A DNA stretch of 51,504 nt from Parasitella parasitica NRRL 2501 (Eukaryota > Fungi > Mucoromycota), in the NCBI GenBank assembly GCA_025201805.1, contig MU619358.1, forward strand, positions 46,032 to 97,535, in the 5' to 3' direction. The notes beneath the pieces are model-generated. The model saw only the letters and a list, made by a program, of their open reading frames with translations, was not told the DNA's origin and made no database searches. The stretch's first letter is position 1, and every line of letters starts with the position of its first letter. The position numbers were made by a program, and so were the translations under genes. Below are positions 12,184-24,418 of this stretch, in pieces.

Positions 12184-12407
12184 AGTAAAAAGGATGATGA
12201 TGTAAAACTGAAAATACTTTATAAAGGAGTATTACAGTATTAGTTAAGAGGTGGGGAAATAAGTGAGTTGTTTATATGCGTGAATGAGGTTCTTTTGCCT
12301 TTGAATTGGAGAAAAAGAAAAAAGTGCGAGAAGGGGCAAAAGACTTGAAAAAGTTTTCATCGCTTTCAATTATGTAGGCGCTTCAAGTTTATTTGTGTTT
12401 CTTGCTG

Positions 12408-13959
12408 CTATGATCTACGCGTCAGCAGCTTTTCCGTAATCTGTACTAGGGCAGATCTAGCGTCAGAAGCTGGTAGCTTGTACAAGGCATCAGTAGATAA
12501 TTTGCAATGAGTCTTTGCGAGATCCAAAGTCTTTTTCAAGCCGTTGCTTTTATAAACCAGGTCTCTTGCCTGTTTCGAAAACAACATGTTGTAAATAATT
12601 AAATATGTATGATATAATATCACCTATCAGGTTACCTTTTCCTCATCCCCTTGGACGGAGAATTTCCTTTTGATCAGCGGCTCCAGCTCTGGATACTCTT
12701 CCCAGGCAAATAAAACCGGTGCTGTAGCTAATCCTAGTTTGAGATCTGCTCCTGCTGGTTTACCTAACTCTGCGGCAGTTACGGTAAAGTCAAGCATATC
12801 ATCCACAAGCTTATATATGAGAAAGTGTTACAAGGGTTGGATCTGTTTTCTTCTTTTTTTTTCTTTTTTTTTTTCGTATTACCTGAAAGGCTAGACCCAA
12901 ATTCTTCCCAAAATCATATGCTATTGTAGCAACTTCCATAGTTGAGCCGCCCAAAATGGCAGATGCTTTGCAGCTCTGTGCAATCAAACTACCCGTCTTC
13001 ATGTACGTTTTCACCATGTAATGATCAAATGTACTCAATTTCTTCGCCTTGCCTTGTTCTCCTTCCTTTGTGTTTCTCAATTGCATAAATTCACCTTCTA
13101 CCAGGTTTGCAATACACGTTGTCATCGCTTCAATGCATTCAGGATTTCGGAGTCTTGCCAGTGCCAATGATGCCCTTGCTAATAAGAAATCGCCACCCAG
13201 CACCGCCATTTTATTACCAAACGATGCGTTGGCTGATGGCAAATTCCTACGTGTCATGGAAGCGTCAATCACATCATCATGTAGTAATGATGCAGTGTGA
13301 ATCATTTCGGATATTTCTGCCAATCGACGTTGTGTAGGCAAAATAATGCACCCTTGGTCTGTTACCGAAGGTGTATAGTGTAATTTGTGGTCAAAAACGT
13401 TGTTGGCCGTGATATTCTCAAGACCGTGCGATATTGGTGTGTCGATGGATTTATAGTCAAAGTCATTGGCAGGCGATTTCTTGTTTGCTATGCTGGTTGC
13501 TTGTGCAATCAACAGCACTAATAGCGGCCGAACATGTTTCCCTTCTCCACTGAAGTAGTGTCTAGCAACAGTATTGAGAAATGGGTGTCCACTGCCCAGT
13601 AATTTGGAAATGTTGTTCTTGATTTCTTTTAAATCGTCTCCAACTAATTTGGCTGGGTCAATTATGCGATCATTGCTATCTTTGACCAGGCTTTGAGCTT
13701 CACTTAGTGCTTGGTTCCAATTAGCTGCTTCGCCAGTGAACGGCGTATCTACGGGCATGGTGATATGACGAAGAGGAGGTGCCGCCAGTACGGTGCTCTT
13801 GAATGAATTGAGTCCATATGCAATCTTTTCAAAGGGTGATGTGTCGGCTTCTTTAGCCGGTGCGGCCAGTAGTATGCGCGTTGTATGTAAACTAGCTCTA
13901 TGGTATATAGGCAATAATGCTTTTGATTGACGTACGATATACATATTCCTATTATGCAA
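12408..13959 (-). CDS. COQ1: Trans-polyprenyl (hexa/decaprenyl) diphosphate synthase for ubiquinone, multi-exon
   Basis: GKHVRP, EMIHTASLLHDDVID (FARM), GNKMAVLGGDFLLARA, KTYMKTGSLIA, GLAFQ/LVDDMLDF (SARM) and GKPAGADLKLGLATAPVLFA. The start may be 13944. Confidence 0.95.
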
Positions 13960-14930
13960 TATGAAAAAGAAAAAGTTGGATTACACCCGGCCTCTCCCCC
14001 CTCCCCTCCCCGCCTTTTTGCAGCCAAATGGACAAGGGCAATTTGCCTTGTTTGGGAGGCTTTGTTTTGCGAAATGTCAAAACGTCACGTAAACCAATGC
14101 ACGGTATCTTGATTTTACATGGTGCTTTGCCGAAGGCTCATTAGAAAAGACGAGAGTGATATAAAGCTGGTAACTGATAGTCTAGATGCTGCTCGATTTA
14201 ATCTGTAATAACCGATGTTTTTGTCTTTAAAAAAAAAGCTTGCACACCAAGACAAACTAGTGATGAGCTTTCAAATTGGGAGCGTCTATACAATCTGATA
14301 GTCGGCATATACCTTCTAATACTGAATAAAAAAGGGGTTTATTTTCGTGTGTTGCATGTTTGTATTTCTCTAGGATTGCAATGTAATATTAGATACACAG
14401 CCACAGCTATCACACAATGTAGCCGACCGTGCAATCATTAGGTGTTTATATGCTCGCAAATTACCCACGAACAGCTTTTATTTCCAAGGTAGACCCTTGA
14501 CCTAATTTATTTTTTTGACAGGCAATACTGAGAAACATTTCAACCGGCAAACACAATAGCATCTTAGAACCCTTACTTCAGTCTGAAGTCTGTATTGTCA
14601 AAACAGGCTGCATATGACATAGGCTAGCGCCCATATCATAGAGCTGATCGAGTGTGATTTTGAAATTAAAAATATTTATTTAAAGTAGTAATATTGTTGG
14701 CAGAGTGAGTTGGTACATTCATTTCCTTTTCTTTTTTTTTTTTTTTTTTTTTTTTTATTTGCAATAACTCCACAATCTACTCACAGATGTTGAATTTTAG
14801 CGACTAAAGCTTTCAGATGATTAGATGTTGCATTAATTTGCTGTAATTGATATCTCTATATATGTTTGTTTTCTTACAGGTAAAAAAAAAAGGTATGTGT
14901 GTGTTGTTGGAATAAGAAGAAGCAGGCCGT

Positions 14931-17900
14931 TTAATGATCTTCCGCTTGATAAGCAATGTTAGGTTGATACGGAGCGGGGTGTTGTGAAAGTAAGACTTGA
15001 GACGAAGAAGCGCCCTCAGTTCCCTGTCTGGGATACTGGGGATAATCATCAAAAGTCTGATCCTTGGCGTTATTCTTGCCATAGACGTTCTCGTCTATTT
15101 TCTCGCTTCTAGGAGCTGCTCCATTCCCAAAGCTGGTGGGTGGAGTGAATCTACCACTGTCGTTTAGGCTACTACTGGATATGACATTATTGTGGTGATT
15201 GCCTATTGAAGCAAGCTGTCCACCACGATTGGCGTCATCTAGAGATCTAAATACTTCATCATCGACATAGTATGCCTTGAACAGCATTTCCAGCATTTGC
15301 ATGCGCTCCTCAACACGAGTGATACGATTAGGATCTGACTCGTCATAGCCCAAATCCTGTGAATTAGCGAAACGATAGTGCACTGGGTGAACGAGGGGAA
15401 TGCCAGATTCGGTGATTTTGAATTTAGATTGAAGACCACGCAACAAAGAGCGTTTCATGTCACCAACAGACCATCGATGAACAACACCCCAAGGAGATCT
15501 GGGGCGATAACCAAAGAGCCATGCTTGGAATGTAATCAATAAACCAAAGACACCGCCTACAAACCCAAGGGCATTGACCAGTGTGTACATTTTAACCTCA
15601 CGCTCGACAATAGTGGAAAAGGCTTCGGGGAACACAGCCAATAAACCAAGATCAAAATGCGTATTGACGTAGTTTGGATTTGCTCCTTCTTGACGGAAAT
15701 TAGTAACGATTTCAGGAGTAGAATTCGAGATGGGCAAGAAGCCGACATAGTTCCATCCGACATCTTGAAGATATCTGTGATCAACCAAGTTGTACGATAA
15801 AGCACTGTAAGTGGAGGGCTGGAGCGTATACACATTGGTAGCTTGAATGTCGTTTCTTTCATTGATTTGCCAATTCAAAACAGCACTTTTAGACATTAAA
15901 CTGCCTATGGTGTCATTGATTCCGTAAACTATGGTATTGGGGTTCATCTGTTTCGGGTAAACAGAGGTATGTACTCGAGCATAATTGATGGTCTGATCTC
16001 CCCAGAAAGTGAAAAGCAATCTTGAGCCGTTGTTGGCACCAGAAGTCGAGCTTAAAACGAAGTCTGTGGTGGATCTGAACATGAAGCAGTTGACGTCGCC
16101 CAAGTTGTCAGTATAGGTTGGTTCAAACACTGACATGTTCAAAGGTTGAATGAATCTTGTGCACGAATAGCCAGTGTCAGTTTGGCATGACACCCCTGGA
16201 GCTCTGCTATCAGTTGCTGGGTACGAAGGATAGCCGTCGAAACAGAATCTCACATCTGTATACAAATAAGTTGGTGTTAACAACTGAGTCATGGTGGGAT
16301 TTAAGGTAGAATATACAAACCTGGAACCTGGACCTCAGCAGCGGCTGTTTTAATGACTTGCGTGACATTTGGACTATCAACTGCCTGGCGAACAACAAAT
16401 GCCAAAAATACGAAGAAAATAAACAGCAAAAAGACTTGGAATACGATACGAGTAGTTTCTGCCCAGATAGGCTCACCAGTACTATAGGCAGCGGATTAGC
16501 CAAAAACTACATATACGGATAGTGCGACTTACCGAGGCTTCCAAATGTCATGATGAATGCGGTTGATAATGTAGCGAATGTAGGCTTGGAATCTCCAGAA
16601 TAGGAACCCAATGGCGACCACTACTGCTACACAGCCGATGGTAACACCAGCAATCACACCACCGGATATGCCAGAATTAGAACCGTTGTTTGTTGTGGCT
16701 GCGAATGATTGAAGCCACTTGTTGGATTCAAGGTCAAAAACGTTGATATCGTTGTAGTATGTGTCACTTGCAGAACCTAATATATAATAGTTGAGTAATC
16801 TATGATCACATGAAGCGCTAATATAAACACTCACCAAAGGCAACAGTCAGGTATTTATTATTGAACAGGCCAGCAGAAGCATAAGAACGTCGGGATGGCA
16901 GGATACCGTCGGCATGAGGTGAAGTCCACTGCCATGTCTTTGTATCCAAGATGCTGATGCTGTTCAGAAAGGCTTTGGTTCTAGGGCCCTCTCCATTGTC
17001 ACCTGTTGACAGAAAAAAGAAAAAAGCTTAATATATACATGAAACTTGCATTTATAGTTCTAAAAATGCCTTACCACCAAAAACGATGATTTTGTCATCC
17101 GAAGCTAATAATAGAAAATGGTGAGGACAACATATACACATGGAGCGCATTGTAAAACTACTTACTGACGATGGCATTATGCACTGATCTAACGGAGGGA
17201 AGAGGGTTGCCATCTGCTGAAGTAGCCACCTTGGTGTCCCACTGGTTTGTTTTTGTATCAAACACACGGATGCTGGCCATCGAAGCTAAGCCAAGTTGGC
17301 CAGTCGTGCGATCTTGACTCACTCCACCAATGACAACGAGCTGGCCGTTGCTAGAGTCTAGTGCGTTAGCACCTGTAAAAATAACAATGACCACACTACA
17401 ATAAATGGGTTACCTTAGCAACGAGGTTGTGTGAGCATAGGTTGAATCCGCAGCTGGTGGTAATTGTGTAAATTGCTGTGTAGTAGTGTCAAATGACCAG
17501 AGATCGTTAAAGACAAGTGTCTGGTTCAATGAGCCACCAAAAATGTAGATCTTATTGCTGGAGCTCTCGTAGTTTGCGCTGAATAACTTTCTATTTGCCG
17601 GTATAGTGATGTTAGAAGACACGTTTGCATTTGTTGTCGCTGCAGTCCATGTGTTGGTGTCAAAAGCGAATCGATAGTATTGCAAGGGAAGTACTCTGTT
17701 TTCGGTTGCATTTGCCATCCCTCCCATGAGATACATCTGGCTCTCGTTGTTTGTCATTACGGCTTGGGCGTAGTAGGTGCCAGGTGGTGTATTTATCTGA
17801 GTTACGGTCTCCCAGGAGAATGTGCTTGAAAGTTGATCCAGTCTATAAAACTCGTTTTTGTAATGATTTGTAGCGTTTTCACCGCCAAACATGTACAATG

Positions 17901-18033
17901 AATTATTTCTTTGTGCGGTCGCCATTCCTCCCTGAAAAGGCAGATGTGACATGAATGTGTCCACATAAAAGTACGCTTCAGTAGGCGTTAGCAATGAAAA
18001 TATTAGTAAACATGTCGACAGTAGTAGCAACAT
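14931..18033 (-). CDS. Signal peptide + Kelch/galactose-oxidase-like propeller + TM + two-TM module with a large extracellular loop (DEG/ENaC- or PAC-like motifs), multi-exon
   Basis: Signal peptide MLLLLSTCLLIFSLL; Kelch blades LYMFGG, MYLMGG, IYIFGG, LVVIGG, IIVFGG; TM GVIAGVTIGCVAVVVAIGFLFW. Spliced in-frame to IVFQVFLLFIFFVFLAFVV-RQAVDSPNVTQVIKTAAAEVQVPDVRFC and later YTLVNALGFVGGVFGLLITFQAWLFG. Confidence 0.8.
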
Positions 18034-18539
18034 TTTTAAGATGTGTCTAGGATAGAGAAAGTAAAGATTAGAAAGAGGAAGAAAAAGAAAAAGAAGGAAA
18101 AATCAAGGAGCATCTCATAAATAGCCAAATTTCTAAATATGATTTCTGCCTGTTTATATTATCTTGAGTCGAGACTCGTCGTGTGAGCATAATAAAATGT
18201 AGTGATGGTTGGATGCCCCGAATTTGTTTCGACATATCCCAAGTTAAAGTGATCAAGTACGCAAATCAGGTCTCCAAAAACAGAACCCAACAACAGCCTC
18301 TAATTGATGCACTATCACCATCAGCGTCAGATGGAATACCTTGGCCTTCAATGTGTGCTCTCTCGGCTACAATAAACAATTAGCCACTGCCACAAGACCG
18401 ACATTCCAGGAATGTTTTTTGATTCCAGAAGCAAGCAGCTAATTAAAGTGACCTCCCTTTCTTACAAAGAAACACTCAAACAATCAAAATTTTGCGACAA
18501 TAAAACCATCTCGTTTTTTACGTACGAAGCTGCAACGCA

Positions 18540-19169
18540 ATGCCAAAAACAAGGAGTCAGCAACGAGAGATTGACAGGAAAGAGCGAGAAGCCAAACAGG
18601 AAAAAGAGTTGTTGCGAAGCGCTATTGAGACTTCTCTTGCTAAATGGCCAGCTTCTTTAGATCGTCTAGAGAAGAACATAAACACCCTTAGTACGAATGA
18701 CGATCTATCATTTAACACTGCACCTCAAAACACAAAATACCATCAAGGCAGGCCTCTTGGCAGAGAGCATACTGATCCTATGAACCAACCTTTCAACACG
18801 GACCGTCCGAGCATTTCTGACACTTCAAATGTTCCTAAATTTACCGCAGCAGCCGTCAAAGCATACCAAGCCCATCGCCGCGAATCCATGTTTAACGCAT
18901 ATGGTAGCGACACCGATCCCTCTGCGGAATCTGCAACATTTATATCCAACTCTTCAGGAGACAGCACCACCGTCCTTTCTTTACCCAGAGATCCATTGAG
19001 CAGCTTGACTGTTAACTCGGAACTTGATGAGTTGAGATTCAGGAACAATAGCAATGATCTTATCCAGATTGTCGAAAGAAGGCAATCCGTCTCTTCTGTG
19101 ACATATCAAACAGATTCTTCCACAACTGAAAACTTTTCAATCTCTGACAGGCCCTCACCTGTCCCCTAA
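18540..19169 (+). CDS. Hypothetical Ser/Thr-rich, probably disordered protein
   Basis: 209-aa intact ATG ORF with a charged N-terminal helix. No recognisable domain. Confidence 0.45.
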   Translation: MPKTRSQQREIDRKEREAKQEKELLRSAIETSLAKWPASLDRLEKNINTLSTNDDLSFNTAPQNTKYHQGRPLGREHTDPMNQPFNTDRPSISDTSNVPKFTAAAVKAYQAHRRESMFNAYGSDTDPSAESATFISNSSGDSTTVLSLPRDPLSSLTVNSELDELRFRNNSNDLIQIVERRQSVSSVTYQTDSSTTENFSISDRPSPVP

Positions 19170-20950
19170 AGCGATATACACATACCTCTATAAACTTGAT
19201 AGATGACAACCCGCCACCTAAGCCTTTTTTTTTTATTTTACAAGAAATACCTTTTTCTTGACGATATAATGCTGCAAAAAATAAAAGGGATTTGTCAAAT
19301 ATACTTGGATGCGCATTTGATTAAAGTAATGTGATGCCTTGAATGTGTGGAGGTTAATAAATAGGGGCCATACCAGAGACATTTAAAAATTTAATTCCTT
19401 TCAATTAACATTCAATTTACACCCATTCATTATTTCGAGATATACATAGGAACAACGAATATGGTCCTATCCATTACAAGTCATTTTGGACTCTACATGA
19501 TGAAACATCCCTCCCCAAAATCCATATCTTTTGCAACTTTGATCCAGTACTTTTTTTTTCTTAAAACAGTAATCCTTGTCAGTTGAATAAGCAGTCTGTT
19601 TTTAGCAAAACATGTTTATTTGGCGCTGTGTGTTACGTGTCGTGAAAACAATGAATCACACCTACAACTTGGCTGAGGAGAGTTGGATATAGTCCTGAAA
19701 ACACTATCCAACTTCACTACCAACATGACATGTCTCTTGATTTTGAGTTTACCAGTCATTTAGACTCTTTGGTCTAACCGTTTCATTCGCAACCTTGCTA
19801 TATTTAGCCTGTACTTGATAGTTTTCCACCAGCCAAGATAGCAAAATCCTCGATTTCAATGTCAAGATAAGTATCTGGACATGGAAATACCATCCACCTG
19901 GAGATACTTAACCATCCTTTTTACAATCAAATGGTCTATTGAAAAACTCCATTGATCACTAATAAAGTTGATATTAATTTGTCTCCTACTAAGGAACGTA
20001 CATGGTTGGCCAGCTTGCTCTGACAATTCGATTCTCTCTGCAGGGATAAAAGATGTGAACGATTTGTTCAGGTTGGCACGAGTTGGGTGTTGTTTAACCC
20101 CGGGACAATGATTTCTGACTTTTTTTTTTTTTTTTTTTTTTTTAATTAATGTCGTGAAAGGAGTTGCTTAATATAAACAAATGATGTCTCTTTCGTTGTC
20201 TATTTCTATAAATAAATAAATCGACAATTATAGCTCTGATTTTGGACCTCAAATTTAATATGTAAAGATGATGATTTCAACAAAACCAAAATGTCAGTAT
20301 CTGACACAACGAGACGCCAAACTTTTGAGTAAGTTTCTCTTAACTCCAGGTGGTACCCTATGATGGATTTTATAAATTTATAACTTCTTCCAGTTGTAAT
20401 CAAGAGGTTTAAATAGACAGGCCTTGGAATTCTCAATATGCTGTAAAAATGTGTAAAGTCTATTTGTAAAAAAGCCCAAGACCTTCCAGTAAATGACTAT
20501 AATGAGAACAAGCCTTTACTTGCGCGAGAAAAATAAGTCTAGTCTTGATAAATCATGGCTATAATAGCTTTCAAGAAATACAAATCAAAGCTATATAAAT
20601 CATGGCTTGGCTACTGGCTGATGGTCTGATCGTGATCATAATCTTGAAATCTGTCCGCAATGGTACTACTATTCATTCCATTATTGTAATAAAGAGCCTA
20701 GCGACAGCAGCTAGTAACAACGCTACAGCAATAACAGTAACTGTCTCCTTCCAGTCATTATTGTTAGTACTGATACGTGCAAGTAGACGTTGTGAAGCTT
20801 ATAGGTTACACATCTTTTTATAGAAATTGATCTCACTGCAGGTTGCATATGATCTTTCTTATGCAAACTTAGCTTTACATACATTCTCTATAGTGTATAT
20901 TTATTTACATTAAATAGAACTAGTTTTTTTTATACGAATTTATTATATCA

Positions 20951-22784
20951 ACAGCTTTTATGGGACGATGTTGGGATGATGGGGAGGGGGAGTAAATGTA
21001 GTATAAATATACATATGGAGGAAATGTTCAAGCTTCTTCGTCAAAGTAAATCTCATAGTTGGAGGCGTACTTTCAAAGACTCCAGCATGACGACTTGGGC
21101 CATTCCTATGCAATATGCCCATGTCAAAAAGGATCATTTTATAGAGGTTCCCATACCTTTGATGTTGACATAACCCGCTCTTTCAAATGAAGCGGAAGAG
21201 CCCACAAATCAAGTATTCAAAAAAAAAAAAAGTTGAAAGAAAAGCTTTTAATATAAAAAAAAAAAAAAATCAAGACCAACGTTGTAGTTAGAGGGCTTGA
21301 GCATACCATCGGGTTGACCAGCTCTGTACACTGCCTTCCACCTAAAAAACAACAAAACGAGCAATAGCAAGGGGCGAGCACCACAGTCTAACAAAAAAAA
21401 AAAAGGTGTGTCAGCGAGTTGTAGGTGAAATCATTACCTGAATGTTCCGCAGAGCAATGTGGCAATGTACCATAGTGGGGATACTATATGTCAGTTGGCC
21501 ATGAAGGAGTCCCTGATTGGCACAAGTACACTAAACCTTCTCTTTTTCCCTCTGACCTTAGGGCAATCATCCTGCCTATGCGTCAGCCCATACTTGAAAG
21601 AAGGACATTGCTTTTTGGAACCAATTGTGTGGATGGGTATTCAAGGGAGAGGACCTCGTAACAATGCGCGGCGTACGGACAGAGCTTAGAAATAACCCAC
21701 GTAAAAGCCTTCCAGTTTCTTTCTGCACCTCATAGCTTCCATCTCCAAGCGAGGGAAGAGATACTCACGGAAGGCCACACAACATCATACTTGGGAAGGA
21801 GAAGATGGAAGAAGAAAATTATTATTTTTAGAGAATCCAGAAAACATACGTCACCCGCTCAAAAAAATGAAGGTTTGTCATTGAATTACAAATGCCTCCC
21901 ATTCCACACGGCTTGCCAGAGTCGTTCAGTATCACTGAAGAAGAATGCGAAACTCTCAATATTCCTTTACTTTTCAGCACACTCACTCTGCAGATGAATG
22001 GACGGATGTTGACAAGGTCGTGGATGAGTTGTGGAAGATGACCAGTTTGCGTGCCAAGGATGCCAAAAAAGGCCAAAGGCATATTTGTTCAATCGATTAA
22101 CGTTGTGGTATCGAATCGAAAGAACTGGTTCCAGTTGGTATCCTACTGCCGCCAGCTGATTGCTTATTATAAATTCAAGGATACTACTTCAGCATTTGAT
22201 GCTGCATGGACTCTGAGGATGCAAAAGCAGCATGCCCTCGATCTAGAACACAATCCCAAGAAGGCCATCTCGCACATTCAGCAAATCAAGACACGCTGTC
22301 TGGACACAGAACGGCTGCTTGCAGCACTGGCTAATTTGATCAAGATTATAGACACCAATGTGTTTCTGCTCAACCCTGATAACAAGGCCCGCGCGAATTC
22401 GGCTATGAACCGCCATGTTGACCCAGAAAATTGCCTTGATGCCAACTCTTGGCTGTTGTTCGCACGACCGACATTTTACGACCCTTCACGAGACCAAATA
22501 TCATTAGCTGTTCTTCCTGCCGGCTTGTTTGGCACTGCAAACACAGCCTCCGTACCATCTGTGCCGTCTTCCCCTCACCGTACCGACCTGGAGCCCGACT
22601 TGGAACCGGACGAATATGGTTGGGTCGCCATGGAGAATGGCTTGTTGTTCTATAACGTTTATGCCGGCATCGCTGCAGATTGCCATCCATTTGACAAAGA
22701 AGCTTGAACATTTCCTCCATATGTATATTTATACTACATTTACTCCCCCTCCCCATCATCCCAACATCGTCCCAAAAAAGCTGT
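20951..22784. mobile_element. 1.83-kb element with 95-bp terminal inverted repeats and a possible 3-bp TSD (TCA); no recognisable transposase
   Basis: 20951-21045 vs the reverse complement of 22690-22784 is 93/95 identical. Flanks are ...tatca|acagc and gctgt|tcaaa. Confidence 0.85.
22051..22707 (+). CDS. Hypothetical ORF inside the TIR element, probably the 3' part of a degraded longer gene
   Basis: 218-codon ORF whose stop lies inside the right TIR. Frameshifted coding-like segments occur upstream (21480-22100). Confidence 0.4.
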   Translation: MPRMPKKAKGIFVQSINVVVSNRKNWFQLVSYCRQLIAYYKFKDTTSAFDAAWTLRMQKQHALDLEHNPKKAISHIQQIKTRCLDTERLLAALANLIKIIDTNVFLLNPDNKARANSAMNRHVDPENCLDANSWLLFARPTFYDPSRDQISLAVLPAGLFGTANTASVPSVPSSPHRTDLEPDLEPDEYGWVAMENGLLFYNVYAGIAADCHPFDKEA

Positions 22785-22935
22785 TCAAATAAATACCATT
22801 TCTCGCTATCAACGATTTTTTTTCCAAAAATTTATTTCGTTCCACTTTACTATTGACACCTCACCAGGATTGCTCAACTGGGAGAAGATATAGTGTATAT
22901 TATAAAATGGACAAACAAACATGCTCTAGTGCTTG

Positions 22936-23160
22936 TCTCTCTATTTCATTATAGTTTCTAAAGTTATTAGAGATTGTAAACTAAGCCTCTAAGCGCGGAA
23001 AAGGTAATATTTCAGATTTGCTAGTATTTATTTCATCCAAAAATGAAGATATATAAACATAGTTTTTTTTTAGATCGTATAATACAGTATCTCAGCTATC
23101 GCTTCATACCAAGAAATGACCAGATTGCTTATGGAGTTCAAGTTTTGCTCCTCAATTGAG
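22936..23160 (+). repeat. Degenerate direct repeat, copy 1 (copy 2 at ~24419-24640)
   Basis: tctctctatttc..atagtttctaaagttattagagattg.aaa.taagcct.taagcg...ttcatccaaaaa.gaagatata...atctcagctatcg.ttcatacc...tttgctcctc is shared by both copies. Confidence 0.8.
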
Positions 23161-24418
23161 AATAAGAGGTAGACTAATTTATAGCAACAAAATAGGCTGT
23201 AAATTGAATCCCAGCAGTGTGTTTCCATTTGGCCCATACCAGATTCGCAGTTTTTTTTGCATAGTTCATTGCTGGATATCTCAAGAAAGTAATAGGTATA
23301 TCCGATATGCTGCGTTCTAAATGTTTTATAACAATAAATAAAAGCTGCATTCAACCATATAAATTACAAGGCTATCGAAACACATTTTCTTATTACCAAT
23401 TTTCAAATATTCAAAAAACGCCCTTTTTGATAGTTTTTGAGTAAAATCAAGCATATTTTGAGCACATTCAACTCTATAGAGTTGACCAAACAAACCATCT
23501 TGTCAATATCTACACGTCAATATTTTGTTCATGACTGTAGCTTTATTATTTCTCCCAAAAATTAAATTTTTGTCTTGACCAAAACCAATCAACATTTTTT
23601 CGTCCCTAGACTTACAGGGCCAAAATGGAGCCATTCAAAAGAGTAAAAAAGTCATACTGTTTTTCGCCATTATCTCGCTCAAAAATTGTCATTTTTTAGC
23701 CAAACAAAAACCATTCCGTAGCTATTTTGTAGCTCTATGTTTGTATTGCTATATCATGGATCTTCAAATACTTTCTTTTGCTTTGAAAGTGATAAAAATA
23801 AATCAAGCCTCTGCTAAAAACATACGAAAAAATATTTTTTTCGACATTTCTATCTAAAAACTTACACATCTAGTAGAGAATTAAGTTTCAAAAAGATTTT
23901 AATAATAACTTAAGCCAAAGTGTCTTAGTGGTTTGTTGAGAAACAGGCAGACCAAATTTACCGTAAAAAGACAAAATTGGTTGAAGCTTGTCGAATTCGA
24001 GCTTGAATACGCCATGTTTGATACCAGTAGGTGTGCCAAATCGTGCTTTATTACATTACTTAGAAACTTGAACATGATTTAATTGAAAAATCTTATACTT
24101 GTTATAAGAACATATGCTGTAAAATCTGCAAAATCTGAAAAATCTGGTTTTGGCAATATCTCTACAGCAAAAATAGATATCGAGAATTGGAAGACGTAGT
24201 GAGGTACAGTTATCGTATTATTATTAGCCTGTATTCTTAGTTTGAACCCCAAATCCGTACCTAAAAATGACCCTGAAGAGCGACCCAAACTTGAAAACTG
24301 AAAATCGAATATGAGTTTGGGGTCCAAACATAGCAAAACCTTAAAAATGGCCAGAGGTGCATAAAACTCGGATATGTTGTAGAATAGTGCAGAAGAAAAA
24401 GATTTTAGCTAAAGGTTA

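Noticed and set aside
13988-14014. G-rich tract on the minus strand upstream of COQ1 (possible G4)
   Set aside because: Purine/pyrimidine tracts are common in promoters, and nothing else supports a function.
19400-20900. Coding-like degenerate sequence on the minus strand (similar cases at 1300-1790, 28240-28500 and 30000-30700)
   Set aside because: Many stops and no family recognisable by eye, so no call can be supported.
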